DNA of 62,977 nucleotides. It comes from a virus. Taxonomy: Duplodnaviria; Caudoviricetes. Within the stretch, counting starts at the first letter, position 1; each line of letters begins with the position of its first letter. The stretch spans positions 1-62,977 of the IMG/VR virus record IMGVR_UViG_3300022821_000003; one strand, given 5' to 3'. The notes below the pieces were generated by a model that saw nothing but the letters and a program-made list of their open reading frames with translations, did not search any database and was not told the DNA's origin. The translations under genes were made by a program, and so were the position numbers. Of this stretch, positions 31,302-39,924 are shown piece by piece.

Positions 31302-31502
31302 CTATATAAATAAATCTTTTAATAATTTAATAAAGTTTCTTTTATAATAAGGACAATTACCATCATGATTACTATCCCAGATATCGACAAACTCTTCTGT
31401 TATCTCTCCAGGACCACTATGATATTCTATTTTCTTGTTACAAGTATCAGCGAATACTAAATTCTCTGGGGAGTACTTGCAATCATTACAACATTTTTTC
31501 AT
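31302..31502 (-). CDS. Cys-rich hypothetical protein
   Basis: CCNDCKY...C...N...GNCPYY; preceded by the repeated motif. Confidence 0.6.
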   Translation of the reverse strand: MKKCCNDCKYSPENLVFADTCNKKIEYHSGPGEITEEFVDIWDSNHDGNCPYYKRNFIKLLKDLFI

Positions 31503-31521
31503 AGTGACTTCAGTGGATTAA

Positions 31522-31920
31522 TTAAAATGCTCCAGTTAATATCTCATCTAAACTTTCATCTAAGTCTATTAATGCTTTTCTTTTATTAGATTTCCCTCTA
31601 TTCTTTTCAAACTCAAAGCATCTATCATTATAGTCTTTTGGTGTCTTAGGAATTACAGCTTTCTTTAGTCTTAAATCAAATCTACTATCGAATTCAGCCA
31701 CATAAAACTGTTCTGAATATCTGTATCCATGACTACCAGGTCCTAATGCATCTCCATCTAACTCATCATAATCAGACAGAAGAAATATCTCTCTACCATT
31801 TTCAGCCTCAAGTAAGAAAGCCTCTGTCCAATCATCTTCATAGCTGCATTTCATTTCTACTATATCTCCTGTATTATATTGTATGCTATTTATTACTATC
31901 ATATCTATGACATCTTTCAT
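31522..31920 (-). CDS. YNxxC-tag family protein (YNDRCFEFEK)
   Basis: Shared tag; internal GYRYS motif. Confidence 0.7.
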   Translation of the reverse strand: MKDVIDMIVINSIQYNTGDIVEMKCSYEDDWTEAFLLEAENGREIFLLSDYDELDGDALGPGSHGYRYSEQFYVAEFDSRFDLRLKKAVIPKTPKDYNDRCFEFEKNRGKSNKRKALIDLDESLDEILTGAF

Positions 31921-32209
31921 TATAATATTCTACCGACATATCTAACTTCTTTAATATTAAACCACCACTATCAAACTCAAAAGCTACAAAACACCAAGAA
32001 TATTTATAGTTATTGTCTCTTATATATCTAGGATAACTACCTTCAAAATGGTTATTGTTACCAAGGATATAGAATAAGTCATCATTATCTGAATTGTAAA
32101 TAATCTTACCTTCAGTAAAATCTTTATCCATTGAGTATTTAAACAATACTAAATCTTTATTTTTTATGTTCTTTATCATATATGTGACATTCTTTATTAT
32201 AGTCCTCAA
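31886..32209 (-). CDS. YNxxC-tag family protein (YNERCHRYDS)
   Basis: Shared tag; internal YKYSW motif. Confidence 0.7.
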   Translation of the reverse strand: MRTIIKNVTYMIKNIKNKDLVLFKYSMDKDFTEGKIIYNSDNDDLFYILGNNNHFEGSYPRYIRDNNYKYSWCFVAFEFDSGGLILKKLDMSVEYYNERCHRYDSNK

Positions 32210-32483
32210 CTGTTAAATATATCTTAATGAAGTCTTCCATATTTGGATGTATATCGTATTCACTTAAACTTCCAGATTCATGACATATCCGATATGAACA
32301 ACTGAATCCATGTTTATTACGTGCAGACCATCCATCTAAGCTTAATTTATCAGTAAGAACAAAATAGTAACCATCTTCTATTACAACCATAGCATCAATC
32401 TCTTTTTCTTTTCTACCATCAAATACATCAATCCATAAAAGCTTTATCCTTTCTTTGTTTTTAAATATTTTTATATCTAACAT
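32157..32483 (-). CDS. YNxxC-tag family protein (YNKECHIYDK)
   Basis: Shared tag; internal GFSCSY motif. Confidence 0.7.
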   Translation of the reverse strand: MLDIKIFKNKERIKLLWIDVFDGRKEKEIDAMVVIEDGYYFVLTDKLSLDGWSARNKHGFSCSYRICHESGSLSEYDIHPNMEDFIKIYLTVEDYNKECHIYDKEHKK

Positions 32484-32797
32484 TTGTTTTTATCATAATC
32501 AAAACATATCTCATTATATTCCTTTGATGATAGATTAGTTTTAGTTATTGTATCATAACTATCAGGGAGTCCACAGTTAGTCAATCTCCAGGAGTATCTA
32601 TATCCAAACATCTCCTTTGCTCTTGCTCCTCCACCTAATGCATTACTGTCAGAGCAGATATAATATTGTAGACCATAATCTGAATTATGGATTGATATCT
32701 TTCCTTTAAAACTCCTATATTTAGATGAAGTGATAACAGAGTCTCCATGTTTAAAAATCCCAAGACCCTCATTACTCTCTATATGACTATAGTTCAT
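32477..32797 (-). CDS. YNxxC-tag family protein (YNEICFDYDK)
   Basis: Shared tag; internal GYRYSW motif. Confidence 0.7.
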   Translation of the reverse strand: MNYSHIESNEGLGIFKHGDSVITSSKYRSFKGKISIHNSDYGLQYYICSDSNALGGGARAKEMFGYRYSWRLTNCGLPDSYDTITKTNLSSKEYNEICFDYDKNKC

Positions 32798-33244
32798 AAA
32801 AAAACGATTACTCTGGTAAAGTCGGTTGTGACTTGTTAAGCAGAGTTCTCTTTATAGATAGACTTATATTAAAATTAGGGGGAGAAATACTATGATATCG
32901 ATTCAGTTATCGCTAACATTCGCATAGTATCCGACAATCTTTTAGGGTTTGTGTTTCCCCTAGTTATAGCACATTTTACATCGTTTTGTCTATAGTCTTT
33001 CCGATGGTAGATCCAACTACTGCTATATTATTTACTGTGATTTACTCTGTATAAAGTTCGGCGTGCCGTCTCACAGTGAGAATCCCATTTATTTAGAGTC
33101 CACGGATTCAAACTTATGTTCTCTATGGACTTATATAATGCCTTATATAAAGCTAGACACCAATAGGCTTCTCTATTAGTATGTAGCTTTATATCTGCCA
33201 TTGTGACTTGAGTGGATAAAAGATTCTTCTTACCCTACATATTA

Positions 33245-33274
33245 AGTATAGCATACTCGAGTCAATTTTGTCAA
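33245..33274 (-). promoter_or_regulatory. Sigma70-type promoter TTGACA-18-TATACT with extended -10
   Basis: Consensus match. Confidence 0.6.
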
Positions 33275-33345
33275 GTCTTTTCGACCCCTTAATCTTAGCT
33301 AATCTTAGCCTTAGAATATGAGGGCTAAAATAAATATTTCTGAAA

Positions 33346-33621
33346 CTATTTTTTGTCAAATAAAAAACACGTTTCATTGTACTCAACTGTGGATAACTTT
33401 ATGTGTTTCAGAGATGATACTCCAGAATTATTTTCAGAATCATCCAACCTATTTTCAGAGAACCACCAACCAAAAATATATGTGTCTTTATCTAATGATA
33501 ATTTATCATCGCAATTAAACATAATACAGATATCACCACCAGCGACATCATTATAGATAATCCCGTTGACTTTAGATCCATATCTTGTGATTTCAATTCT
33601 ATCTCCCTTCTTATACTCCAT
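33346..33621 (-). CDS. YNxxC-tag family protein (YNETCFLFDK)
   Basis: Shared tag; KKGDRI SH3/KOW-like start. Confidence 0.7.
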   Translation of the reverse strand: MEYKKGDRIEITRYGSKVNGIIYNDVAGGDICIMFNCDDKLSLDKDTYIFGWWFSENRLDDSENNSGVSSLKHIKLSTVEYNETCFLFDKK

Positions 33622-33931
33622 ATAAATCTTTGTTGTCTTTCCAAGTTTTTCTAGCCTTTAAGAATTCATCAAAGGTTGAGAAATCATCTACAGCGACATA
33701 TCCAAGGAACAATAACTCAGTCTTGATTGGTTTATTATATTTCTCATCTAACTCTATAAAAGGTAGACTCGATAGTATTTCGAATCTACCTATAAGACCA
33801 GACTTCATCCTAAGTTTGATTGTTGTTCCTTTACATTCATAATGCTCTAGCATTAGAGTAGCATCACAGAATCTACGATTAATTCTAGCTAGATATTCTT
33901 TATGTTTCTTTCTAAATATATATTTTTTCAT
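33611..33931 (-). CDS. Hypothetical protein
   Basis: ORF preceded by the repeated motif. Confidence 0.55.
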   Translation of the reverse strand: MKKYIFRKKHKEYLARINRRFCDATLMLEHYECKGTTIKLRMKSGLIGRFEILSSLPFIELDEKYNKPIKTELLFLGYVAVDDFSTFDEFLKARKTWKDNKDLYGV

Positions 33932-33950
33932 AGTGACTTAGGTGGATTAA

Positions 33951-34670
33951 TTAAAATGGCATTGGCTCAACAGGGATGCCAGCCGACATAGTAGCACCAG
34001 AGGGCACAGGAGGGGCATCAGGCGTTTTATTTGCATGGTCTGCCTTAATGTGTATGAGACTGTTAAGGTCTACGTATATGGAAGGTGCTATCTGGTTAAT
34101 CTTTAGAGCATGTTTCCTTACCATGTTTCCGATAAGACCTCCTATAACTAAACAGTTAAAAGAGATAGACCTACCAGTGCATTGTTCATGGTCGACAGCT
34201 CCTGGTTCTACTGTAGATAATAAGTAGGTTCTTGATTTATAATAATGTAGTTCAAATGATAAGCCTCCCATTCTTCCATCTATTATTGTTAAATCCTTAT
34301 CTTTATATATCTCTCCTAATCTTATTCTCTCTGCCATCGAATCTATTGTTATTATGATAAGACCATCTACAATATACTCCTCTTCTTTTATATTCTTCAT
34401 GATAGATATTGTAGTTCCTGTCTGTTCAAAGACATTTTTAGCTAGTGCCTTGACCTTGAACTCTCCGAGTTGGTCTTCTTTGTAGAACTGAGATGCTATG
34501 TTATGATTCTCTACCTTATCATTGTCATAGACAGTAATGTTACTGCATCCGACTTTAGCAAGTGTTAATGCAACCCAACTTCCTATCCCACCTGCTCCAA
34601 GGATATGTATTGGAAACCTTAAGTCTCCAGCTTTTATGATGTCGAGTTGTCTACTATATCTTTTAGACAT
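33951..34670 (-). CDS. E1-like ThiF/MoeB-family adenylyltransferase
   Basis: RYSRQ, ILGAGGIGS, YDNDKVENHNIASQ, KVKAL and IDGRMG motifs; candidate catalytic Cys in HEQCT. Confidence 0.9.
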   Translation of the reverse strand: MSKRYSRQLDIIKAGDLRFPIHILGAGGIGSWVALTLAKVGCSNITVYDNDKVENHNIASQFYKEDQLGEFKVKALAKNVFEQTGTTISIMKNIKEEEYIVDGLIIITIDSMAERIRLGEIYKDKDLTIIDGRMGGLSFELHYYKSRTYLLSTVEPGAVDHEQCTGRSISFNCLVIGGLIGNMVRKHALKINQIAPSIYVDLNSLIHIKADHANKTPDAPPVPSGATMSAGIPVEPMPF

Positions 34671-34671
34671 T

Positions 34672-35700
34672 CTATTGTTTTAGTTCATGACCATTACCTA
34701 ATCCTTTAATATCAGAATCGATAATATCATCTTCTTCAGATGAATCATTAACATTTTTATATGAATTAGCTATGTATCCATTGACAGCATCGTATTCATC
34801 TCCGTATAAATTACCATACTTTTCATAATAATCATCACAGATACAAAAGGTTACTGGATTATAACAATCAGGACAAAAGATTATTTCTTCATCGCTTTCT
34901 TCTAATCTTTCACACTCTTCACATCTCCTATCATCAACTCCATAGATTATATCATCAAGTTTATTTTCGAAAGTAGCCTTGTCCGTTCTGCCAAAGAATG
35001 AGTCTTGCGTTTTTTTTTTAGATTTTTCATAAGTCCTCTCAACTTTATAGACTTTTTCCCTAACCTTAGCTTTAACTTCAGCCTCACATTCAGAATATAT
35101 CTCTGGGCAATAGAATAAGAGTTTCTTTGTCTCAGCAATCTCATCATCTTTTTTAGATATTTCATCTTCTAAAGCTGATTGTTCTTCCTCTAATTTAGAG
35201 ACAGTTTCTTCTATAACTTTATCCAGATCTTCATCAATGAGAATCTCTACATCAACCTTTGTTTCATGTGGAGCAAAGACTAAACCAAAGTCAGATGGGT
35301 CTAACGGAAGCACATCGATACGTCCTAAAAACTTTCCCTCCTTATTCGTAACGATTGATATAAGTTTCTTATTGTCTTTTACATGCTCCTTTATTGTATC
35401 ATCATCTGTAGTTGACCACGAAACACCTAAATCTCCATGTGTATGCCACCAAACATTCCAGTCCTTTAATGACTCTTTAGCTTTAGACATATCATACATA
35501 AACTTAGCCATTGCTCCAGTATCTAGGTTAGTCGATGCAGAACCACATTCTTGGTCAAAAAGTGCTATATCTATTAACATAATCTCACCATCCTCTGTAA
35601 TAACACTCTTTCCCATCCCAGAGACTTCTCCAGGTGCATGATGAGTGTAGGCAGCGAGTTTGATTGCTGTTTTATTTTCTATTAATATTTTTTCTACCAT
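34672..35700 (-). CDS. JAB/MPN metalloprotease (deubiquitinase-like) with coiled coil and Cys-rich tail
   Basis: GEVSG and WWHTHGDLGVSWSTTD (HxH-x7-S-x2-D). Confidence 0.85.
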   Translation of the reverse strand: MVEKILIENKTAIKLAAYTHHAPGEVSGMGKSVITEDGEIMLIDIALFDQECGSASTNLDTGAMAKFMYDMSKAKESLKDWNVWWHTHGDLGVSWSTTDDDTIKEHVKDNKKLISIVTNKEGKFLGRIDVLPLDPSDFGLVFAPHETKVDVEILIDEDLDKVIEETVSKLEEEQSALEDEISKKDDEIAETKKLLFYCPEIYSECEAEVKAKVREKVYKVERTYEKSKKKTQDSFFGRTDKATFENKLDDIIYGVDDRRCEECERLEESDEEIIFCPDCYNPVTFCICDDYYEKYGNLYGDEYDAVNGYIANSYKNVNDSSEEDDIIDSDIKGLGNGHELKQ

Positions 35701-35706
35701 AGCGAC

Positions 35707-36819
35707 TTAAGTGGATGAAAGCTCTTCTCCACAATCTGGACAATCACCATCTTCATTAATAGTTACAGAACGCTCGCAGTTCTCACAATATGCACTCGTA
35801 GTATTTAAGTTCTTGAAGTCTTCAGCAAACTTACGACCATCCCATTTCTCATTTTCATCCCAGTAAATATTAGAAAACCAATCGATTTCATTCTCTGGCT
35901 TAATAGTTACAGTCTGAGCACAAAAGAATTCTTCCTCTTGAATATATGGATTACCATAGTCTGGTTTTTCTAAGAATATAATTAAAAGATAAGCTAAACC
36001 GATTATATTCCCTTCATTCCTTAACTTCATGACCTCATCACCCACACTCTCTCCTAAACATAAAGTTGAATTGTTTATACAAGGATGGTGGTATTTGAAC
36101 CTGTCTTTATGTCTCTTGTAGTTTATTGCTCTGACTCTTTGACCAGAATCTAATGGGATTAAAATTTTATATGCACCTAAAGTAAAGTCTCCTAATGATG
36201 ATCCTTCTCTATGATATACTAAATCATTAGTTGTGATTAGAACACTTTTATATCCATCAGATTCTATTGGGTCTACTGATGCTATCTTCTTATTAGACAT
36301 AAACTTATCATACTTGGAAACAAGTTCATCCACATTAACTGTTAGTCCTCTTTTACTTTTAATTAAGTCTGCAAGCTTATGATTGTCACCTTCTATCTGT
36401 AGTTCTTTTCTAGATAAATCTGCAGCAAGACTTCTTGCAGTAGATACTAAAGAACGTAATGAATCTTCTTTAGACCTAATCTTTATTGGTAACTCAGATA
36501 TTTTCTTGAAAGCAAGTTCTCTAATCAATCCAACAAATGCACGTTTCTTTTCATCTGATAAATCAACAGAACTATCTAAATCAGACTCTTTGAATAGCAA
36601 ACTATATCCATTCATTCTATCTGTCCTATTCTCTAATGTATGACAGAACGGATGTTCGTCATCAAAAGCAATGTTTAACATACTATCTCTAATCTCGATA
36701 ATTGTTCCTTTATATTTATTATCTTCTACATCAAACAAATCTTTATTTGACATAAAAGGTTTAAAGTTTTTGTTAGTAACGATTCTATCACCAACATAGA
36801 CTTTTGTATTTTTTCTCAT
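35707..36819 (-). CDS. E2-like (Prok-E2) protein with N-terminal SH3-like domain, coiled coil and C-terminal Zn ribbon
   Basis: HHPCINNSTLCLG resembles the E2 HP...CL active site; lies between the Ubl and JAB genes. Confidence 0.7.
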   Translation of the reverse strand: MRKNTKVYVGDRIVTNKNFKPFMSNKDLFDVEDNKYKGTIIEIRDSMLNIAFDDEHPFCHTLENRTDRMNGYSLLFKESDLDSSVDLSDEKKRAFVGLIRELAFKKISELPIKIRSKEDSLRSLVSTARSLAADLSRKELQIEGDNHKLADLIKSKRGLTVNVDELVSKYDKFMSNKKIASVDPIESDGYKSVLITTNDLVYHREGSSLGDFTLGAYKILIPLDSGQRVRAINYKRHKDRFKYHHPCINNSTLCLGESVGDEVMKLRNEGNIIGLAYLLIIFLEKPDYGNPYIQEEEFFCAQTVTIKPENEIDWFSNIYWDENEKWDGRKFAEDFKNLNTTSAYCENCERSVTINEDGDCPDCGEELSST

Positions 36820-36822
36820 ATT

Positions 36823-37086
36823 TTATACACCATCTTCTAGCTCAAACTCTTCTCTTTCGAGCATACAGCCAGTCGAATTACTTAATAATCCATTCAAATG
36901 ATTTGTAAAGCTTAAACCTCGACCGAATCTAATGCCATAAAAGCTACTCTTTCGAGTCACGATTATACCACGAAACCGTTCTTGCTTTAAATCAATCTCT
37001 TTTCCCTTGTTGTCTTTAGGACTAAATCTTGGAGTTGTTTTTATAAAATCTCCAACATAAGCTCTTTTGACGGTTTTTCTTTTCAT
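36823..37086 (-). CDS. SH3-like small protein, paralog of the E2 N-terminal domain
   Basis: YVGD...F.P...GII...I.F...H.L..G pattern shared with the first ~85 residues of 35707..36819. Confidence 0.6.
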   Translation of the reverse strand: MKRKTVKRAYVGDFIKTTPRFSPKDNKGKEIDLKQERFRGIIVTRKSSFYGIRFGRGLSFTNHLNGLLSNSTGCMLEREEFELEDGV

Positions 37087-37129
37087 AGTGACTTAAGTGG
37101 ACAAATGTCCTTAATTAAATTATAAATAA

Positions 37130-37154
37130 AAGAGGCTATAACTGATAGCCTCTT
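37130..37154 (-). terminator. Hairpin terminator/attenuator downstream of the Ubl gene
   Basis: AAGAGGCTAT/ATAGCCTCTT stem followed by a T-rich tract on the - strand. Confidence 0.55.
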
Positions 37155-37164
37155 GTTCTATAAT

Positions 37165-37401
37165 CTATAAAAGACCACCTTCTTTACGACCAACGATTTG
37201 AAGTGTATCACCATCTTCAAGTTTGTCGTCCAATTTGATTGGATCAGTTTCACCATTCATGTGAACAGCCTCTGATGAACCAACTGTCATGTTAGCCTCT
37301 TCTAAAACAAATCTTAGAGTAGATTCGTCAGGAACTCTAACAGTTACTGATTCTTCTCCAAACTTGGTAATCTCTACTGAGATTAATTCACTTCTTTGCA
37401 T
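37165..37401 (-). CDS. Ubiquitin-like beta-grasp protein, C-terminus ...EGG-LL
   Basis: 78 aa with ThiS/MoaD/Ubl-like VHMNG...LEDGDTLQIV followed by a diglycine. Confidence 0.85.
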   Translation of the reverse strand: MQRSELISVEITKFGEESVTVRVPDESTLRFVLEEANMTVGSSEAVHMNGETDPIKLDDKLEDGDTLQIVGRKEGGLL

Positions 37402-37479
37402 TTAATTGTGGGAAATTATATATACACTCAGGAACATATAATTATCCAATTATTAATAATATATAACACCCCGAAGGGT

Positions 37480-37833
37480 CTATATTGTATCTGCGATAAA
37501 ACACTTTTCATTATAAGCCTTAGCTATATCTTCAGGTGTCAACTCTGGGTCTTCCTCACAGTAGTCATAACCATCTCTATCTGGATATGGTAAAGGACAA
37601 TCACTTTCTATTGCATCTAGATTTTCTAAGTCTTCACAGTCTAGTTTATAGTTACATTTTGGACAGATATAAGAAATATCATCGTTCTCATAACTACTTT
37701 CATGTTGGTCGTGCATATCCATATCTCCACAAAAGGATATTGTTCCATTTTCACTTCCCCAAGTCGTATATTGAGCTGTATAATCTAGGTGGTCTATTTC
37801 TTCTTTGCACTTAGGACATCTTGTTATCGCCAT
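37480..37833 (-). CDS. Zn-ribbon acidic protein with YNxxC tag (YNEKCFIAD)
   Basis: CPKC...CPKC plus the shared tag; immediately upstream of the Ubl gene. Confidence 0.65.
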   Translation of the reverse strand: MAITRCPKCKEEIDHLDYTAQYTTWGSENGTISFCGDMDMHDQHESSYENDDISYICPKCNYKLDCEDLENLDAIESDCPLPYPDRDGYDYCEEDPELTPEDIAKAYNEKCFIADTI

Positions 37834-37838
37834 ATATT

Positions 37839-38231
37839 TTATCTAAATTTATTTAATTGTTTTACACTAACATTAGCCAATCCTAGCTTACTATCTGATA
37901 TTGTACTAAAAGCCGTACTTGATAAGTCTATTATTCTATCTGGGTATGTTGATTCATCTGGTCCATAATCTGTTATAAGGACTTCTACTGACTTACCATT
38001 ATCTAGGTTGGTTACCTCAACAAAAGAATATCTTATGAAGTCTCTCGTTGCACAAACATAATGTCCTATACTTGACCAATCTCCTATTGTATAGTCATAA
38101 TAGCTTGCTACTCCAGTTAATACTTTATCATCATTCTCAGGGAGGAAGTATCGATTTGATTCTTGCTCCTTATTACTGGAACATGAAGACAAAAAAAGTA
38201 TTAAGATAATTATTATTGGTATCTTTTCCAT
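37839..38231 (-). CDS. RlpA-like double-psi beta-barrel lipoprotein
   Basis: Lipobox LSSC; GVASYY, VTNLDNGKSV, TDYGP and RIIDLSSTAF motifs. Confidence 0.85.
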   Translation of the reverse strand: MEKIPIIIILILFLSSCSSNKEQESNRYFLPENDDKVLTGVASYYDYTIGDWSSIGHYVCATRDFIRYSFVEVTNLDNGKSVEVLITDYGPDESTYPDRIIDLSSTAFSTISDSKLGLANVSVKQLNKFR

Positions 38232-38455
38232 AGTTTTTTATCAAATTTATGACATGCTTCATTATATTTCTCTGGTGTTTCATTATATAAAGATATGTTT
38301 TCAAAAAATACTCCACCATTATTTTTTGGACGCCATGCTATACCTTCACCAATCGATTCTATCTTAAAAACGAGACCGAGTTTCCATCCAGCATCAGGAA
38401 TCATTCCTCCCATTCTATTATGACATATAACAACATCTCCAACTTTAAATTTCAT
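38213..38455 (-). CDS. YNxxC-tag protein (YNEACHKFDK)
   Basis: MKFKVGDVV SH3-like start plus the shared tag. Confidence 0.7.
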   Translation of the reverse strand: MKFKVGDVVICHNRMGGMIPDAGWKLGLVFKIESIGEGIAWRPKNNGGVFFENISLYNETPEKYNEACHKFDKKLWKRYQ

Positions 38456-38608
38456 AGTGACTTAAGTGGATTAATTAATAACTTCTGCACATTTGCTATA
38501 TGTCTGCTATATCACAGAGTTTACATGCAGAATGATAATACTTACCATGTTTATAAAATTCTTTTAATTCTTTGGTCTCTTTACATCTAATACATTCTTT
38601 CATATTCA

Positions 38609-39058
38609 CTAGAACGAACCCTCTGCCACTTGAAGACATTTAAGACCAAGCTCCCTCCACATTTGGACGACTTGATTCCTGTCATCAAGGACAAATAGTA
38701 TATTATATTTATCTTTTACATTTGCATCAAACAACTCTCTCTTGACGATACTATCCCTTCTATTATCTTTATTGGTTCTCATAAACAAATCATCATAAGG
38801 GATATCATTAGTCATTAACCATTCAAGAGTTACATCTTTACAGTCTTCATCTCTCCCAGACAACAATATTATTCTGTAATCATCTGCTTTATACTTCTTT
38901 ACAATGTCTAAGATGTGATAATGAACTCCATCGCCTATTGCTTTATGATATTCGAATGGTGTTCTGTCAATCATGTAGGCTAAAGTGCCGTCAATATCGA
39001 CGATTAATGCTTTAGGTAGATATGCTCTATCTATTGCTATATTTTTTATCTTTGTCAT
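38609..39058 (-). CDS. Polynucleotide 3'-phosphatase (HAD; C-terminal half of T4 PNKP-like)
   Basis: DIDGTLA, LSGR, LFMR, RRDSIVK and DDRNQVV motifs. Confidence 0.9.
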   Translation of the reverse strand: MTKIKNIAIDRAYLPKALIVDIDGTLAYMIDRTPFEYHKAIGDGVHYHILDIVKKYKADDYRIILLSGRDEDCKDVTLEWLMTNDIPYDDLFMRTNKDNRRDSIVKRELFDANVKDKYNILFVLDDRNQVVQMWRELGLKCLQVAEGSF

Positions 39059-39368
39059 AGTTAAAACATTTTAAATTATAATCTTTTGTTGATTGTTTAA
39101 ATGGTTTTATTACACTGAATTTATTTTCATATTGCCAATGATTATCATAACAGTTTATAGTCCATCCATATTTATAATCAGAACAAGAATTAATTATTGG
39201 GTTGCCTCCCCTGTAATCAGGATTGTTGGATACAAACATAAAATAGTCATATTCTTCTGATGTTTTGTATATCTTCCCAACTGTTGAATGTCCAGAGTTA
39301 CTCACTACAACTACATCTATCGGTTCATCTTTTTTTAATTTTAATAGTTTTTGTCTAAATGCTTTCAT
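39027..39368 (-). CDS. YNxxC-tag family protein (YNLKCFNYDK)
   Basis: Shared tag; internal YKYGW motif. Confidence 0.7.
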   Translation of the reverse strand: MKAFRQKLLKLKKDEPIDVVVVSNSGHSTVGKIYKTSEEYDYFMFVSNNPDYRGGNPIINSCSDYKYGWTINCYDNHWQYENKFSVIKPFKQSTKDYNLKCFNYDKDKKYSNR

Positions 39369-39382
39369 ATATTTTATCTATG

Positions 39383-39885
39383 TTGCGAGAGTGGGATTTG
39401 AACCCACGACCTCATGGTTATATTAAAGCACTATCAATAACAAAATCTTTAGCCCAAAGGATTGTACTAATACAAAGATTATTTTTAGGTTTTTGATATC
39501 TTAAAGTTATTGTTGTTTTCTTTAACATATCTCCAGAGATTATATATACTTTATCTAATTTTTCGCACCAGATAGCTATATAATCTACCTTCTCGTAGCA
39601 TGATTCATATTTGATTCTTTTAGAACCAATTCTTTTACGAATATCTGCAACAACACATCCATTAGATGTTTTACCATGTTTTATTTGTATTTTTTTTAAA
39701 GTTCCATCAAAATCAGCTATCATATCATATGGTTCGTTATCTCCGAACGGCAATGAAACTGGATAGCCTCTTTTAATAAACTCAGCAATAATAACACCTT
39801 CTGCCTTATTTCCCTTTGATTTTGTATTCATAATTTAATAATGCACTAATGAGCCATGCGAGCTACCTGACTGCTCTACCTCGCT
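39383..39885 (-). tRNA. tRNA-Met(CAT), initiator-like, split by a 429-nt insert (exons 39851-39885 and 39383-39421)
   Basis: The joined halves give AGCGAGG TA GAGC AGTCAGGTA GCTC G CATGG CTCATAA CCATG AGGTC GTGGG TTCAAAT CCCAC TCTCGCA A, with a 1:72 mismatch and A11-U24. Confidence 0.85.
39418..39831 (-). CDS. PD-(D/E)XK homing endonuclease, I-Ssp6803I-like, inside tRNA-fMet
   Basis: TKSKGNKAE...PFGDNEPYDMI...IQIK resembles the group I intron-associated PD-(D/E)XK family. Confidence 0.8.
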   Translation of the reverse strand: MNTKSKGNKAEGVIIAEFIKRGYPVSLPFGDNEPYDMIADFDGTLKKIQIKHGKTSNGCVVADIRKRIGSKRIKYESCYEKVDYIAIWCEKLDKVYIISGDMLKKTTITLRYQKPKNNLCISTILWAKDFVIDSALI

Positions 39886-39924
39886 ACAAACCCACGATAT
39901 GTGGGTTTGTGACTTAAGTGGATT

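Noticed and set aside
33189-33386. 65-aa - strand ORF
   Set aside because: It overlaps a YNxxC gene, a consensus promoter and the repeated motif; a different short ORF starting at 33201 is more plausible.
33951-37401. ThiF/ThiS sulfur-carrier (cofactor biosynthesis) interpretation
   Set aside because: An E2-like protein is present, and thiamine, Moco and cysteine-synthesis genes are absent, which favours protein conjugation.
39422-39850. Group I intron or canonical bulge-helix-bulge intron in tRNA-fMet
   Set aside because: No P7 or core elements and no space for them; junction geometry does not give 3-4-3 BHB.
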